A DNA stretch of 64,000 nucleotides, taken from positions 15,452 to 79,451 of the forward strand of contig JBHAEI010000011.1 of the NCBI GenBank assembly GCA_041855505.1, in the 5' to 3' direction. Positions within the stretch are counted from its first letter, which is position 1. Each line of letters opens with the position of its first letter. Below, piece after piece: positions 49,036 through 59,369 of the stretch. The position numbers and the translations under genes were made by a program. The notes beneath the pieces are model-generated. The model had not been told where the DNA came from and ran no database searches. It was given only the letters and a program-made list of their open reading frames with translations. This stretch comes from Prevotella sp. (GTDB lineage Bacteria; Bacteroidota; Bacteroidia; Bacteroidales; Bacteroidaceae).

Positions 49036-50820
49036 TTAGGCAAACTCTGAGAGCTCAAGCCATCTCATTTCGGCCTCGTCAATTTCCTCCTTAATGAGGG
49101 GCAGACGCTTGCTCTTTTCTGTAAGTTCTTCCACAGAAAGCGTACCGGAGCACAGAGCTTCTTCTATTTCCTTTTGTTCTTTCTCCAGTTCCTCTATCTT
49201 TGCAGAGAGCTGTTCGTATTCATATTTTTCTTTAAAAGTAAGTTTGCGTCGAGTGTCGTTTCTATAATTCTTTTTAGGGGATGGGGCTGTGGAAGCCTTT
49301 TGAGGGCTGCCCGTTTCATCATCTTTCGACTTCATTTTCTGGTAATCCCTGTATTGGGTATAATTACCGGGGAAGTCTTGTACCTTGCCATCTCCCTTAA
49401 ACACAAGCAGATGATCTACCACTTTATCCATGAAATATCTGTCGTGCGATACTATGATTACACAACCGGGGAAGTCTTGCAGATACTCTTCCAATATCTG
49501 TAACGTTTGTATATCCAAATCGTTCGTAGGCTCGTCCAGCACAAGAAAATTTGGGTTTTTCATTAAAACCGTGCAAAGGTATAACTTACGTTTCTCGCCA
49601 CCAGACAGTTTATAAACATAATTATGTTGCTGCTCGGGAGTGAACAGAAAGTGATTTAGGAATTGAGATGCCGTCATGTGCCACCCTTTTCCAAGGTCGA
49701 TATAATCCGCTATTTCCGTAATTACATCAATAATTTTCTGATCTTCGCGGAACTTTAAGCCTTCTTGTGAGAAATATCCGAAGCGAACGGTTTCGCCAAT
49801 ATCGAACTTACCACTGTCAGGAGTAACTTTCCCCAGTAGCATTTTAATGAAAGTACTCTTGCCCGTTCCGTTGTTTCCAACGATACCCATCTTCTCGAAA
49901 CGTGCAAAATTATAATAAAAATCTTTCAGGATAACCTTGTCGTCGAATTGTTTTGAGACATATTGGCATTCAAAAATCTTACTACCGATATATACATTCG
50001 AGGACTTTAGGCGTATCTGTCGCTCTTCAATTCTTTGCTTAGCCTTTGCTTCCAATTCGTAGAAAGCCTCTTCCCGATAGCGTGCTTTATGACCTCTGGC
50101 TTGTGGTTGGCGACGCATCCAGTCGAGTTCTGTACGGTATAGATTGTTGGCACGGGCTATCTCTGCCCGTGTATTATCTATTCTTTCCTGTCGTTTCTCT
50201 AAGTAATAGGCGTAGCTTCCTTTATAGGTATAGATGGTATGGTTATCCAATTCTATGATAGTATCGCATACATTATCTAAGAAATAACGGTCGTGTGTAA
50301 CCATTAAAATGGTTTTGTTTCCACGTGTCAGGTAGCCTTCAAGCCATTCTATCATCTCTAAATCCAAATGATTGGTAGGCTCATCCAAAATAAGTAAGTC
50401 GGGCTCAAGGATAAGGATGTTGGCCAGTGCTACGCGTTTCTGTTGTCCTCCCGACAGTTGTCCCATCGGTTGATGAAGGTCGGTGATGTTAAGCGTCGTA
50501 AGAATCTGCTTTGCTTTAAGTATTCGCTCTTCGCTGCCTTTCTTATTGAAGCAGGCTTCCAATACGGTTTCTTCCGGATTGAATTGGGTTGATTGTTCTA
50601 ACAAACCTATGCGAATATCGTTCCTGTAAATGATAGAGCCGCTTTCGTATCCTTCTTTTTTATTGAGGATGGAAAGCAGAGTAGATTTCCCTGTTCCGTT
50701 TTGGGCAACCAAACCTACATGCTGTCCTTCTGCTATTGAAAAAGAAATATCATTGAAAAGAATCTGTGCACCAAATCTTTTAGATAGATTTTGTACATCA
50801 AGATAAGGTTTCTGAGCCAT
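49036..50820 (-). CDS. ABC-F family ATPase (Uup-like)
   Basis: Two ABC domains (NGTGKST/LSGGQ/LDEPTNHLD and NGTGKST/LSGGE/LDEPTNDLD), no TM segments, C-terminal coiled coil. Confidence 0.92.
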   Translation of the reverse strand: MAQKPYLDVQNLSKRFGAQILFNDISFSIAEGQHVGLVAQNGTGKSTLLSILNKKEGYESGSIIYRNDIRIGLLEQSTQFNPEETVLEACFNKKGSEERILKAKQILTTLNITDLHQPMGQLSGGQQKRVALANILILEPDLLILDEPTNHLDLEMIEWLEGYLTRGNKTILMVTHDRYFLDNVCDTIIELDNHTIYTYKGSYAYYLEKRQERIDNTRAEIARANNLYRTELDWMRRQPQARGHKARYREEAFYELEAKAKQRIEERQIRLKSSNVYIGSKIFECQYVSKQFDDKVILKDFYYNFARFEKMGIVGNNGTGKSTFIKMLLGKVTPDSGKFDIGETVRFGYFSQEGLKFREDQKIIDVITEIADYIDLGKGWHMTASQFLNHFLFTPEQQHNYVYKLSGGEKRKLYLCTVLMKNPNFLVLDEPTNDLDIQTLQILEEYLQDFPGCVIIVSHDRYFMDKVVDHLLVFKGDGKVQDFPGNYTQYRDYQKMKSKDDETGSPQKASTAPSPKKNYRNDTRRKLTFKEKYEYEQLSAKIEELEKEQKEIEEALCSGTLSVEELTEKSKRLPLIKEEIDEAEMRWLELSEFA

Positions 50821-50860
50821 TTAAATTCCTTATTTTGTATGTGTCAAGTTTGAAATCAGA

Positions 50861-51457
50861 TTAATAGCCGGCATTAATTTCTTCTATATAGTTAAGTACT
50901 TCCTCTCTGCCCGTTTTCTTTTCTGAAGAGGTTATGAAGTAAGGAGGCAACTCTTCCCAGCTATCTTCCAGCTTTTTCATCCATTGTAGGGCATTTGACT
51001 TTGCAGCACCGGGTGATAATTTATCGGCTTTTGTGAAAATAATGGAGAACGGAATCTTGCTGGCTCCCAGCCAATCTACAAACTCTCTGTCTATTTTCTG
51101 TTGCTCATGGCGGATATCGATAAGGACAAAGACATTGGCCAACTGCTGCCTGTTAAGGATGTATTGAGCAATCATCTGCTCTAATTTATTACGAACAGTC
51201 TTTGAACTTTTGGCAAACCCATATCCCGGAAGATCGACAAGGTACCATTCATTATTGATAATGAAATGGTTGATAAGCAATGTTTTACCGGGTTTCGATG
51301 AAGTTTTGGCCAAGCCTTTATGATTGCATAACATATTGATAAGGCTCGATTTTCCTACATTCGAACGACCAATAAAGGCGTATTCCGGTTTGGTATCTTG
51401 CGGACATTTTGTTATGGTAGGAGAGGAAATAGTGAATTCCGATTTCTTGATAATCAT
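50861..51457 (-). CDS. engB: Ribosome biogenesis GTPase YihA/YsxC
   Basis: [19 protein letters not shown] and TKADK motifs. Confidence 0.95.
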   Translation of the reverse strand: MIIKKSEFTISSPTITKCPQDTKPEYAFIGRSNVGKSSLINMLCNHKGLAKTSSKPGKTLLINHFIINNEWYLVDLPGYGFAKSSKTVRNKLEQMIAQYILNRQQLANVFVLIDIRHEQQKIDREFVDWLGASKIPFSIIFTKADKLSPGAAKSNALQWMKKLEDSWEELPPYFITSSEKKTGREEVLNYIEEINAGY

Positions 51458-51557
51458 AAAATATAATCTTTTTGTGTAGGTACAAAGTTACTAAAAAGTA
51501 TAGAGAGGAGGTTTGTAGATACGGACTTTTTAGTAAATTTGCAAAAAATCGAAGTTC

Positions 51558-52541
51558 ATGAAAGAGATAAATTGGGGATTTATTGGATGTGGCGAGGTTA
51601 CGGAAAAGAAGTCCGGCCCGGCTTTTAATGAGGTTCCCGGCTCCCGTGTAGTGGCAGTCTTTAGCCGAAAGGAACAAAAAGCCCGCAAATATGCCGAACA
51701 ACATAATATCCGTAAGTGGTACACGGATGCTCAGGCATTGATAGATGACCCTGATGTGAATGCTGTTTACATAGCGACACCACCATCTGCTCATGCTACA
51801 TTTGCTATCATGGCGATGCAAGCAGGTAAACCCTGTTACATAGAAAAACCACTTGCAGCATCTTATGAAGATTGTGTGCGTATCAACCGAATATCGGAAA
51901 ATACAGGTGTTCCGTGCTTTGTAGCCTATTATAGGAGGTATCTTCCTTACTTTCAAAAGGTGAAAGAGCTGATAGGAAACAACGCTATCGGCAAGATACT
52001 TACGGTAGAAGTGCGATTTGCCGTCCCTCCTCGTGACCTTGATTATGAACGTCCTGTAGAACTTCCTTGGCGTTTACAGTCGAATATTTCAGGTGGAGGA
52101 TATTTCTATGATTTGGCTCCTCATCAGTTAGACTTGTTGCAAGACATCTTTGGAGTAATCGTTAAGGCACATGGCTATACATCCAATCGCCGGGGATTGT
52201 ATCATGTGGAAGATACCGTAAATGCTGTTTTCCGTTTTGAGGATGGGATGACAGGCAGCGGAGCATGGTGTTTTGCTGCCCATGAAAGTGCGAGAGAAGA
52301 CCGAATAGAGATATTCGGAGACAAGGGAAGACTATCTTTCTCGGTATATACCTACGACTCTATCCATATTCAAACCAGCGATGGAACAAAGGATGTTATC
52401 GTCGAAAATCCCGATTATGTTCAATTCCCAATCATCAAATCGGTTATAGAAGACTTGCAAGGACTGGGTGTTTGTGAGAGTACAAGTATAAGCGCTACCC
52501 CCACGAACTGGGTGATGGATCGTATTTTAGGTAAGATATAA
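51558..52541 (+). CDS. Gfo/Idh/MocA family oxidoreductase
   Basis: WGFIGCG, YIATPP and YIEKP motifs. Confidence 0.9.
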   Translation: MKEINWGFIGCGEVTEKKSGPAFNEVPGSRVVAVFSRKEQKARKYAEQHNIRKWYTDAQALIDDPDVNAVYIATPPSAHATFAIMAMQAGKPCYIEKPLAASYEDCVRINRISENTGVPCFVAYYRRYLPYFQKVKELIGNNAIGKILTVEVRFAVPPRDLDYERPVELPWRLQSNISGGGYFYDLAPHQLDLLQDIFGVIVKAHGYTSNRRGLYHVEDTVNAVFRFEDGMTGSGAWCFAAHESAREDRIEIFGDKGRLSFSVYTYDSIHIQTSDGTKDVIVENPDYVQFPIIKSVIEDLQGLGVCESTSISATPTNWVMDRILGKI

Positions 52542-52564
52542 GGCATACCTCTTATAAAACACGT

Positions 52565-53749
52565 ATGTATAAACTTGTATTTCGCTTCATTGTGCTGTTT
52601 TTTCTTGGCTTGTTTGCTCTCTCTACATCGGGTAATACGATAAGAGAGAATCTGATGGACGAGGCCTATAGGGATTCTGCACGTAAAGTAAAATCCGATA
52701 CTTTGACGAAATGGATGAAGCAGAAGGTATCGGATACGAAGAAGGTTGTGCATAAGTTTAATGATATCGATACTACCTACATAGAGCCACAAAAGTATAA
52801 CTTTACTTTTATGCTGCAGAATACCACTACTTATGAGATTTATAAGTTGAATGGTTCTACAGGACAAAGTATTACCTTTGCTCCTGAAAGTAGTATAAAA
52901 ATAGGTCCCTACTTTGGCTGGCGATGGCTGTTTTTAGGTTACACGATAGACGTTCGTCATTTGGATCTGTTCAAAAAGAATAGTCAAAGATTGGAATACG
53001 ACTTGAGTCTGTACAGTTCTATGATTGGTATAGATATCTATTACCGTAAATCGGGTGATGATTACAAGATTACTCATGCCGACTTAGGCGAAGATATTGA
53101 TACCAAGCCCTTGAAAGGAGTGTCTTTTGGTGGACTTACTTCCAGTATTAAAGGTTTCAATGTATATTATATCTTCAACCATCGGAAGTTTTCTTATCCT
53201 GCAGCCTTTAGCCAAAGTACTATACAAAGAAGGTCGGCCGGCAGTCCTTTAATAGGTATAGGTTATACCAAACACATGTTGTCTGTTAATTGGGATAATC
53301 TTAACGATTTGGTAAAAGACAAGCTCCACAATACCTACTCGCAGGTTGGTATCGATACGACTATGATGTTTAATCGTATTAAGTATGTAGATGTATCGGT
53401 GAGTGGAGGCTATGCCTATAACTGGGTGTTTGCTCATAATTGGCTATTGGCAGGCTCCTTATCTCTTGCTTTGGCATATAAAACCAGTAAAGGAGATACG
53501 CGCAGCAAAAACCATATTGGCAATTTCGATTTCAAGAATATAAATCTGGATGGTATAGGACGCTTCGGAATTGTTTATAACAATAGTAAATATTATGCCG
53601 GCATGAGTGCAATTATCCATGCTTATAACTACAAGAAGAAAACTTTTTCGACCAATAATGTTTTCGGAAGTCTGAATATCTATGCAGGCTTTAATTTTGG
53701 CAGTAAGGCGAAACATCATAATCGAAAGAAAAAAAAGCCAAACAACTGA
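52565..53749 (+). CDS. DUF4421-like outer-membrane beta-barrel protein
   Basis: Signal peptide; KIGPYFGWRWLFLGY and FSYPAAFSQSTIQRRSAGS motifs. Confidence 0.75.
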   Translation: MYKLVFRFIVLFFLGLFALSTSGNTIRENLMDEAYRDSARKVKSDTLTKWMKQKVSDTKKVVHKFNDIDTTYIEPQKYNFTFMLQNTTTYEIYKLNGSTGQSITFAPESSIKIGPYFGWRWLFLGYTIDVRHLDLFKKNSQRLEYDLSLYSSMIGIDIYYRKSGDDYKITHADLGEDIDTKPLKGVSFGGLTSSIKGFNVYYIFNHRKFSYPAAFSQSTIQRRSAGSPLIGIGYTKHMLSVNWDNLNDLVKDKLHNTYSQVGIDTTMMFNRIKYVDVSVSGGYAYNWVFAHNWLLAGSLSLALAYKTSKGDTRSKNHIGNFDFKNINLDGIGRFGIVYNNSKYYAGMSAIIHAYNYKKKTFSTNNVFGSLNIYAGFNFGSKAKHHNRKKKKPNN

Positions 53750-53750
53750 T

Positions 53751-54767
53751 ATGAAACAATACATCTTTTATGGAATGATATTCGGGCTGTTTACAGCCTG
53801 TTCGGCCAAAACAACCAGTAAGCCTTCGGATAAAGCCTCGATAGATACAGAGCAAACTGTTCCGAAAGGGCAGGAATTTACTCGAGATACAGTGCTCCTT
53901 ACAGATTCTACTTTATCGATTAATCGGAAAAGCTATAAGCTCAATGAAGCAGATCGTGATGATAAGGAACTTGTAAAGGCGATTCTTACCGATGCTGCAG
54001 CGTATAATAAGCAGCATGGAGTAGGAGAGGTTATACTCTTTATTGCCGGAAAATTTATAGGAAAGCCTTATGTTTCACACACTTTAGACCGTACCGATGA
54101 TGAACGGATGGTTATCAATTTGCAGCAACTCGACTGTACTACGTATCTGGAAAATGTGGTTGCGCTGGCTTTGGCTTCGTATGAAGATAATCCTGATTAT
54201 ACTACTTTTGTGGATGTATTGCGTAATATTCGTTACAGGGGTGGGGAATTAAAATACGAAAATCGCCTGCATTATTTCGATTGGTGGCTGTCGGATAATG
54301 AGAAAATGGGGATGGTGAAAGAAATAATCCCAACCAATTCCCAATTATTGATGCGCCAGACATTGAAGATAAACTACATGAGTGAAAACTTTTCGAGCTA
54401 TGCCATGCTGAAAAATCACCCGGAACGTGTGCAGGCTATCAAGAAGTTGGAGGATGCAACGAATGGTAAGGTTGTCTCTTTTATCCCCAAACAGCGACTG
54501 AATAATCCAGCTTTACGAAAGGTTATCAAGGATGGAGATCTTATAGCATTGGTAACAAATAAGAAGAATTTAGACACAACACATCTCGGATTTGCCGTTT
54601 GGAAATCGGACGGTCTGCACCTTTTGAATGCGTCGAGTCTGAAGAAAAATGGCAAGAGGGTAATTGAGCCAACAGAAACACTGTATAAATACCTGATGGA
54701 TAGGTCATGGAATACCGGTATTCGGGTAGCGCGTGTCTGCGCAAAAGCTACCAAGCCAGATAAATAG
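53751..54767 (+). CDS. DUF1460 (AmiA-like, NlpC/P60 fold) amidase lipoprotein
   Basis: Lipobox FTAC at ATG 53751; PYVSHTL, LDCTTY, RLHYF and THLG motifs. Confidence 0.85.
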   Translation: MKQYIFYGMIFGLFTACSAKTTSKPSDKASIDTEQTVPKGQEFTRDTVLLTDSTLSINRKSYKLNEADRDDKELVKAILTDAAAYNKQHGVGEVILFIAGKFIGKPYVSHTLDRTDDERMVINLQQLDCTTYLENVVALALASYEDNPDYTTFVDVLRNIRYRGGELKYENRLHYFDWWLSDNEKMGMVKEIIPTNSQLLMRQTLKINYMSENFSSYAMLKNHPERVQAIKKLEDATNGKVVSFIPKQRLNNPALRKVIKDGDLIALVTNKKNLDTTHLGFAVWKSDGLHLLNASSLKKNGKRVIEPTETLYKYLMDRSWNTGIRVARVCAKATKPDK

Positions 54768-56643
54768 AGTTCCCCTCTGCTATTACGATTTCTTCAGAAA
54801 GTAACTCTTCCAAAACATGGGTAGAAAGGATGTAGTCATTATCTATCTTCTTAATTTCCAGCAGATTGTGTTTCTTCTTGTCGGATAGCAGCTCTAAGAT
54901 AAGTCTTTTTATTTCTTTAGAATGCCCCTTGTCTTCCTTATATGTAGCCGATTTGCATACATCGCATTGGTTACAATCGTGTGTGTCTTTTTCTCCAAAG
55001 TAGGCTAACAGTTGCCGACTACGACATACATGATTGTTTTCTACATAACCGATAATTGCTGAGATACGCTTCGAGAATTCCTCCTTGCGCTGCTCATAGA
55101 TTTCTTTGGAAATGTATAACTCTTCGCCATCTACTCTATTTACCAAATAAGTAATCAAGGGAATTTTCTTCCTTGGTATGAAGTCGATAATCCTTCGTTT
55201 GCTTAACTGTACTAAGTTTTTATACACCTCATTGATATCCAAGCCTGCTATCTGTGCCAAATAGCTTTCATCGATGAAGCCATAGTCGGAGAAAAGATTG
55301 CCGTATAGTCGGAGCAGACTGATAAGTATCTTGTTTTCGGTAGGGGATAATCCTTCTAAAAGGTACAGTTCGTCCCTTCGCAATAAGAAATGTACCCTTG
55401 CGGAATTATCGGGATTGGCATCATAGGAGATATATCCGGCTCTGTCGAGGAGGTTAAGTGCCGAATTGGTACGGACGGGAAAATGCTTAAAGTTATAGCA
55501 GAACTTATCGATAGGGAACTCAAAAGTATGCCCTGCTGCACTTCCTACACCTATCTGAAAGAAATATGCCAAGTGTTCATATACCGTTTTTATATAGTCT
55601 TTCGGAGGAAAAGTCTCTTCTATCCTGTTTTGTAAAGTAACCTTATCCCTTTTGTTGTAGAGTAATACGGCATAGGCTTTCTTTCCGTCTCTTCCTGCAC
55701 GCCCCGCCTCTTGGAAGTAGGCTTCTATCGAGCTGGGGCAATCTACGTGGATAACTACTCTTACATTGTCCTTGTCGATACCCATACCAAAGGCATTGGT
55801 AGCCACCATTACTCTGACCTTATTGTTCTGCCAATCGGTCTGTCGCTCATCTTTTGTGGCTGGTTCCAGCCCGGCATGATACCAAGTGGCCGAAATTCCC
55901 TCCTTTATTAATAGCTCTGCAATCTCTTTGACTCTTCGTCTGCTTCGGCAATAAACAATGGCTGTATAGGGTATGGATTGCAGAATATGAATCATTTCGC
56001 TGTTTTTATCCTCTGCCTCTCTTACAACATAAGCCAAATTAGTCCGTTCGAAGCTCATTCGGAAGACATTCTGCCTGGCAAAACCTAATTGTCGCTGGAT
56101 ATCATCTACAACGTCAGGAGTGGCTGTAGCCGTTAGGGCGAGGATGGGAGCAGCGGGCAAAAGTTGTCGGATGGTGGCTATTTTCAGATAGGAAGGCCGG
56201 AAATCATACCCCCACTGGCTGATGCAGTGTGCCTCATCAACCGTAATAAAGCAAATCTTCATGAACTTCAGCTTGGCTTGGAAAAGCTCGGAGCCGATAC
56301 GCTCCGGGGAGATATACAGGAACTTCACGCCACCGAACACACAATTATCCAAGATGGTGACGATTTCCTCATGACTTAATCCTGTGTAGATGGCTGCTGC
56401 AGGAATCCCCCTTTTGCGCAAATGTTCTACTTGGTCTCTCATCAAAGCAATCAAAGGAGTTACGACAAGACATATTCCTTCCATGGAAAGCGCCGGTACT
56501 TGGAAAGTAATCGACTTGCCGCCACCTGTCGGCATCAAACCCAATGTATCTTTCCCTGCTCCGATACTCTCGATAATGTCTTTCTGAATACCCCTGAAAT
56601 AGGTGTATCCCCAATATTGTTTCAGTATATCCTTGTAGCTCAT
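54748..56643 (-). CDS. recQ: RecQ family ATP-dependent DNA helicase (RecQ2-type)
   Basis: PTGGGKS, DEAHC, ALTAT, QEAGRAGRDG and a zinc-binding CR...C..CD.C motif. Confidence 0.92.
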   Translation of the reverse strand: MSYKDILKQYWGYTYFRGIQKDIIESIGAGKDTLGLMPTGGGKSITFQVPALSMEGICLVVTPLIALMRDQVEHLRKRGIPAAAIYTGLSHEEIVTILDNCVFGGVKFLYISPERIGSELFQAKLKFMKICFITVDEAHCISQWGYDFRPSYLKIATIRQLLPAAPILALTATATPDVVDDIQRQLGFARQNVFRMSFERTNLAYVVREAEDKNSEMIHILQSIPYTAIVYCRSRRRVKEIAELLIKEGISATWYHAGLEPATKDERQTDWQNNKVRVMVATNAFGMGIDKDNVRVVIHVDCPSSIEAYFQEAGRAGRDGKKAYAVLLYNKRDKVTLQNRIEETFPPKDYIKTVYEHLAYFFQIGVGSAAGHTFEFPIDKFCYNFKHFPVRTNSALNLLDRAGYISYDANPDNSARVHFLLRRDELYLLEGLSPTENKILISLLRLYGNLFSDYGFIDESYLAQIAGLDINEVYKNLVQLSKRRIIDFIPRKKIPLITYLVNRVDGEELYISKEIYEQRKEEFSKRISAIIGYVENNHVCRSRQLLAYFGEKDTHDCNQCDVCKSATYKEDKGHSKEIKRLILELLSDKKKHNLLEIKKIDNDYILSTHVLEELLSEEIVIAEGNSIYLAW

Positions 56644-56675
56644 GGTGCGAAGAATACGGTAATTTTTTCTTCTTC

Positions 56676-58406
56676 TTACTCCTCTTCCTTCGGACGAATA
56701 TCCTCTATCTGCAACTGGATAAATCCTTTTTTAAAGATATTTTCTTCCACGGTATAAGCGATGTCGAAAGCATGTTTCGATTTGATGTACCTTGCTGCAG
56801 CACTCTGCCCAAAGGCAATACCGTTCATTACGTTATTCGATTTGGAATCTACCAGTTCCAGCTTGATGTGCTCCTGTTCGCGTCCTACCACCTTGCTGGT
56901 ACCAAAATCGTACACTCCTTCGGTCGAGAAAACAGGCTTTGTATTGCCCGGACCAAAAGGAGCAAACTTCTTTAAGTCGTTGTATAGCTTCTTGGTAATG
57001 TCTTTAAAGTCTATTACCGTGTCAATTTCAAGGGTAGGTTCTTGTTGCTGTGGCTCGATATGTTCTTCTACGTATGCTTGGAAACGCTGTCGGAATTCCT
57101 TTACATCGTCCCATTTCATGGTTAATCCGGCAGCGTATGTATGTCCGCCAAAGTTTAAAAGAAGGTCTCTACAGCTTTTAATGGCCGCATAAATATCGAA
57201 ACCTGCCACACTGCGCGCCGAGCCGGTGGCCAGATTATCCTCTTTGGTAAGCACAACTGTAGGGCGATAGTAGATTTCCGTTAAGCGCGAGGCCACGATA
57301 CCTATTACACCTTTTTGCCAATGCTCATCATACAGGACGATGCTCGACTGGTGCTTTTGGTTTTCCAAACGCGATACGATATTATTGGCTTCTTCCGTCA
57401 TCTGCCTATCTACGCCCTTTCGCTTTTCATTGTAACCATCAATGTGCTTCGCCTCTTTAAGAGCATTTTGGAAATCGCGTTCTACCAAAAGATCGACACT
57501 CTCCTTGCCCGTCTCCATTCTTCCGGAAGCATTGATACGTGGACCAATCTTAAAAATAATATCGCTCATCTGAAGTTCCCGTTCACTCAGGCCACAGGTA
57601 TCTATGATCGCTTTCAGCCCGATACTTGGATTTACGTTCAGTTGTCGGAGACCATGATAGGCCAGAATGCGGTTTTCATCAATAACCGGTACCAAATCGG
57701 CTGCTATCGATACGGCACAGAAGTCCAAAAGAGGAATTAACCTTGAAAAAGGTATATTGTTATTCTTCGCAAACGCCTGCATGAATTTAAAGCCTACTCC
57801 ACATCCGCAAAGGTGCTTGAAAGGGTAGGAATCTCCCTGCTGCTTAGGATTCAGTATTGCTACAGCAGGAGGCAGAACATCGTCCGGCACATGATGGTCG
57901 CAGATAATGAAATCTATACCCAGCTCCTTTGCATAGGTTATTTCCTTTACGGCTTTTATTCCGCAGTCCAGAATGATGATGAGCTTTACACCAGTAGCCT
58001 TTGCGTATTCTATTCCTTTCTGACTGATGCCATATCCTTCCTCGTATCTGTCGGGGATATAGTAATCGATGTTCGAATAAAATTGTCTTAAAAACTTATA
58101 GACTAAGGCTACTGCCGTACAGCCATCAACATCATAATCGCCATACACCAGTATTCGTTCCTTACGACCTGTAGCGTCATTCAAACGATCGACGGCTATG
58201 TCCATATCTTTCATTAAGAACGGATTGATAAGGTCGGATAGCTGAGGCTTAAAGAAACGCTTTGCTGCACTTTCTGTAGTAATACCGCGACGGATTAGAA
58301 TTTTAGCGAGAATAGGGCTCATATTGATTTTCTCGCCCAATTCCTTCGCTGCATTTTCTTCCCCTTTAGCTGTTGAAATATGTTTCCACTTAAAATGCAT
58401 AGCCAT
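56676..58406 (-). CDS. recJ: ssDNA-specific exonuclease RecJ
   Basis: YGDYDVDG, DCG, DHH and GGHTYAAG motifs. ATG at 58406 or 58400 preferred. Confidence 0.95.
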   Translation of the reverse strand: MAMHFKWKHISTAKGEENAAKELGEKINMSPILAKILIRRGITTESAAKRFFKPQLSDLINPFLMKDMDIAVDRLNDATGRKERILVYGDYDVDGCTAVALVYKFLRQFYSNIDYYIPDRYEEGYGISQKGIEYAKATGVKLIIILDCGIKAVKEITYAKELGIDFIICDHHVPDDVLPPAVAILNPKQQGDSYPFKHLCGCGVGFKFMQAFAKNNNIPFSRLIPLLDFCAVSIAADLVPVIDENRILAYHGLRQLNVNPSIGLKAIIDTCGLSERELQMSDIIFKIGPRINASGRMETGKESVDLLVERDFQNALKEAKHIDGYNEKRKGVDRQMTEEANNIVSRLENQKHQSSIVLYDEHWQKGVIGIVASRLTEIYYRPTVVLTKEDNLATGSARSVAGFDIYAAIKSCRDLLLNFGGHTYAAGLTMKWDDVKEFRQRFQAYVEEHIEPQQQEPTLEIDTVIDFKDITKKLYNDLKKFAPFGPGNTKPVFSTEGVYDFGTSKVVGREQEHIKLELVDSKSNNVMNGIAFGQSAAARYIKSKHAFDIAYTVEENIFKKGFIQLQIEDIRPKEEE

Positions 58407-58752
58407 ATTTTTAATTTTAGGTGTAAAGTTACAAAAAATAAGTTTGAATATAAATAGCACAGATACATTTTCTAAATTCATGCCGAAATCTTTTTTAAAC
58501 AGCACCGATTAAAAAGGATATTTACTGTATATCGATAGGAATATGTGGTACTACAAATCTTCGATAGCGGTGGTATATAGCTGTCTTGATGGCAGAATAC
58601 TTTTTCTTATTGTGGCGACAGCAGTGTAACGAACGGTGCTTTGGGTTTTTATTGTTTGTTATATTGCACATTAATAATTATCTTTGCAGCGGTATTCCTT
58701 GTATTGGAATGGCGGAAAAATCTTTATGATGGATATTAATTCGAGAGTATAA

Positions 58753-59001
58753 ATGGATAAAGTTATCAATACGACAAATATGTGTTCGCACCTACAGCGA
58801 AAATTATTTGCCAAAGACGGCGTGTATCACCATCTGTGGACGGCGATACAGAATGATGAGGAACTGACGGCTGTAGTTCGTACACGCCAGTTACATATTT
58901 ATCGTAATGGCAAGAAGGTACTGATATTGGCTGGTAAGGCCGCACCTAAGATTATCAGAGAGGATGCCGTCTGTGCAATGGTTAGGCAACTGCAAGAATA
59001 G
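58753..59001 (+). CDS. Small hypothetical protein (82 aa)
   Basis: ATG start, a TATCTTTG box at 58679-58686 and no overlap with other genes. Confidence 0.65.
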   Translation: MDKVINTTNMCSHLQRKLFAKDGVYHHLWTAIQNDEELTAVVRTRQLHIYRNGKKVLILAGKAAPKIIREDAVCAMVRQLQE

Positions 59002-59113
59002 AGATATACAGGAATGGTAAGGATTGAATCTTCTTTACTCTATAGCAGGGTATCTTGTTATTGACAGAAATACCATCCTTGGCTATACCTAAGATAATAT
59101 ATTACTGAAGATT

Positions 59114-59209
59114 TTATTTTTATTGTATTGCTGTCAGCTTTAACACTTCGGGTAAACATCTATTAAATAATATCTTATGAAGATAAATGAGATGATGATA
59201 TGACAGCAA
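59114..59209. repeat. Second, degenerate TGCTGTCA inverted-repeat element
   Basis: TTGCTGTCA (59128) ... TGACAGCAA (59201). The left part aligns with 48583-48633. Confidence 0.5.
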
Positions 59210-59252
59210 CTTCTTGAAATCTTGTACTCTTCTTCTATAACAGTCGTCAATG

Positions 59253-59288
59253 TTTCGCAGCCATGCCATTTTTCGCAGCCATGCCATT
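59253..59288. repeat. Exact 18-bp tandem duplication
   Basis: TTTCGCAGCCATGCCATT twice. Confidence 0.9.
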
Positions 59289-59369
59289 ATGAAAAATATG
59301 CCAGAATCTATATTCAGAGATTTGTGTGAAAAGTGATGGTATGAGGAATTAAAAGTAAAGTGTTGCTAA

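Noticed and set aside
58580-58622. GCTGTC...GACAGC mini inverted repeat upstream of the 82-aa ORF
   Set aside because: Only 6 bp; could easily arise by chance despite resembling the TGCTGTCA core.
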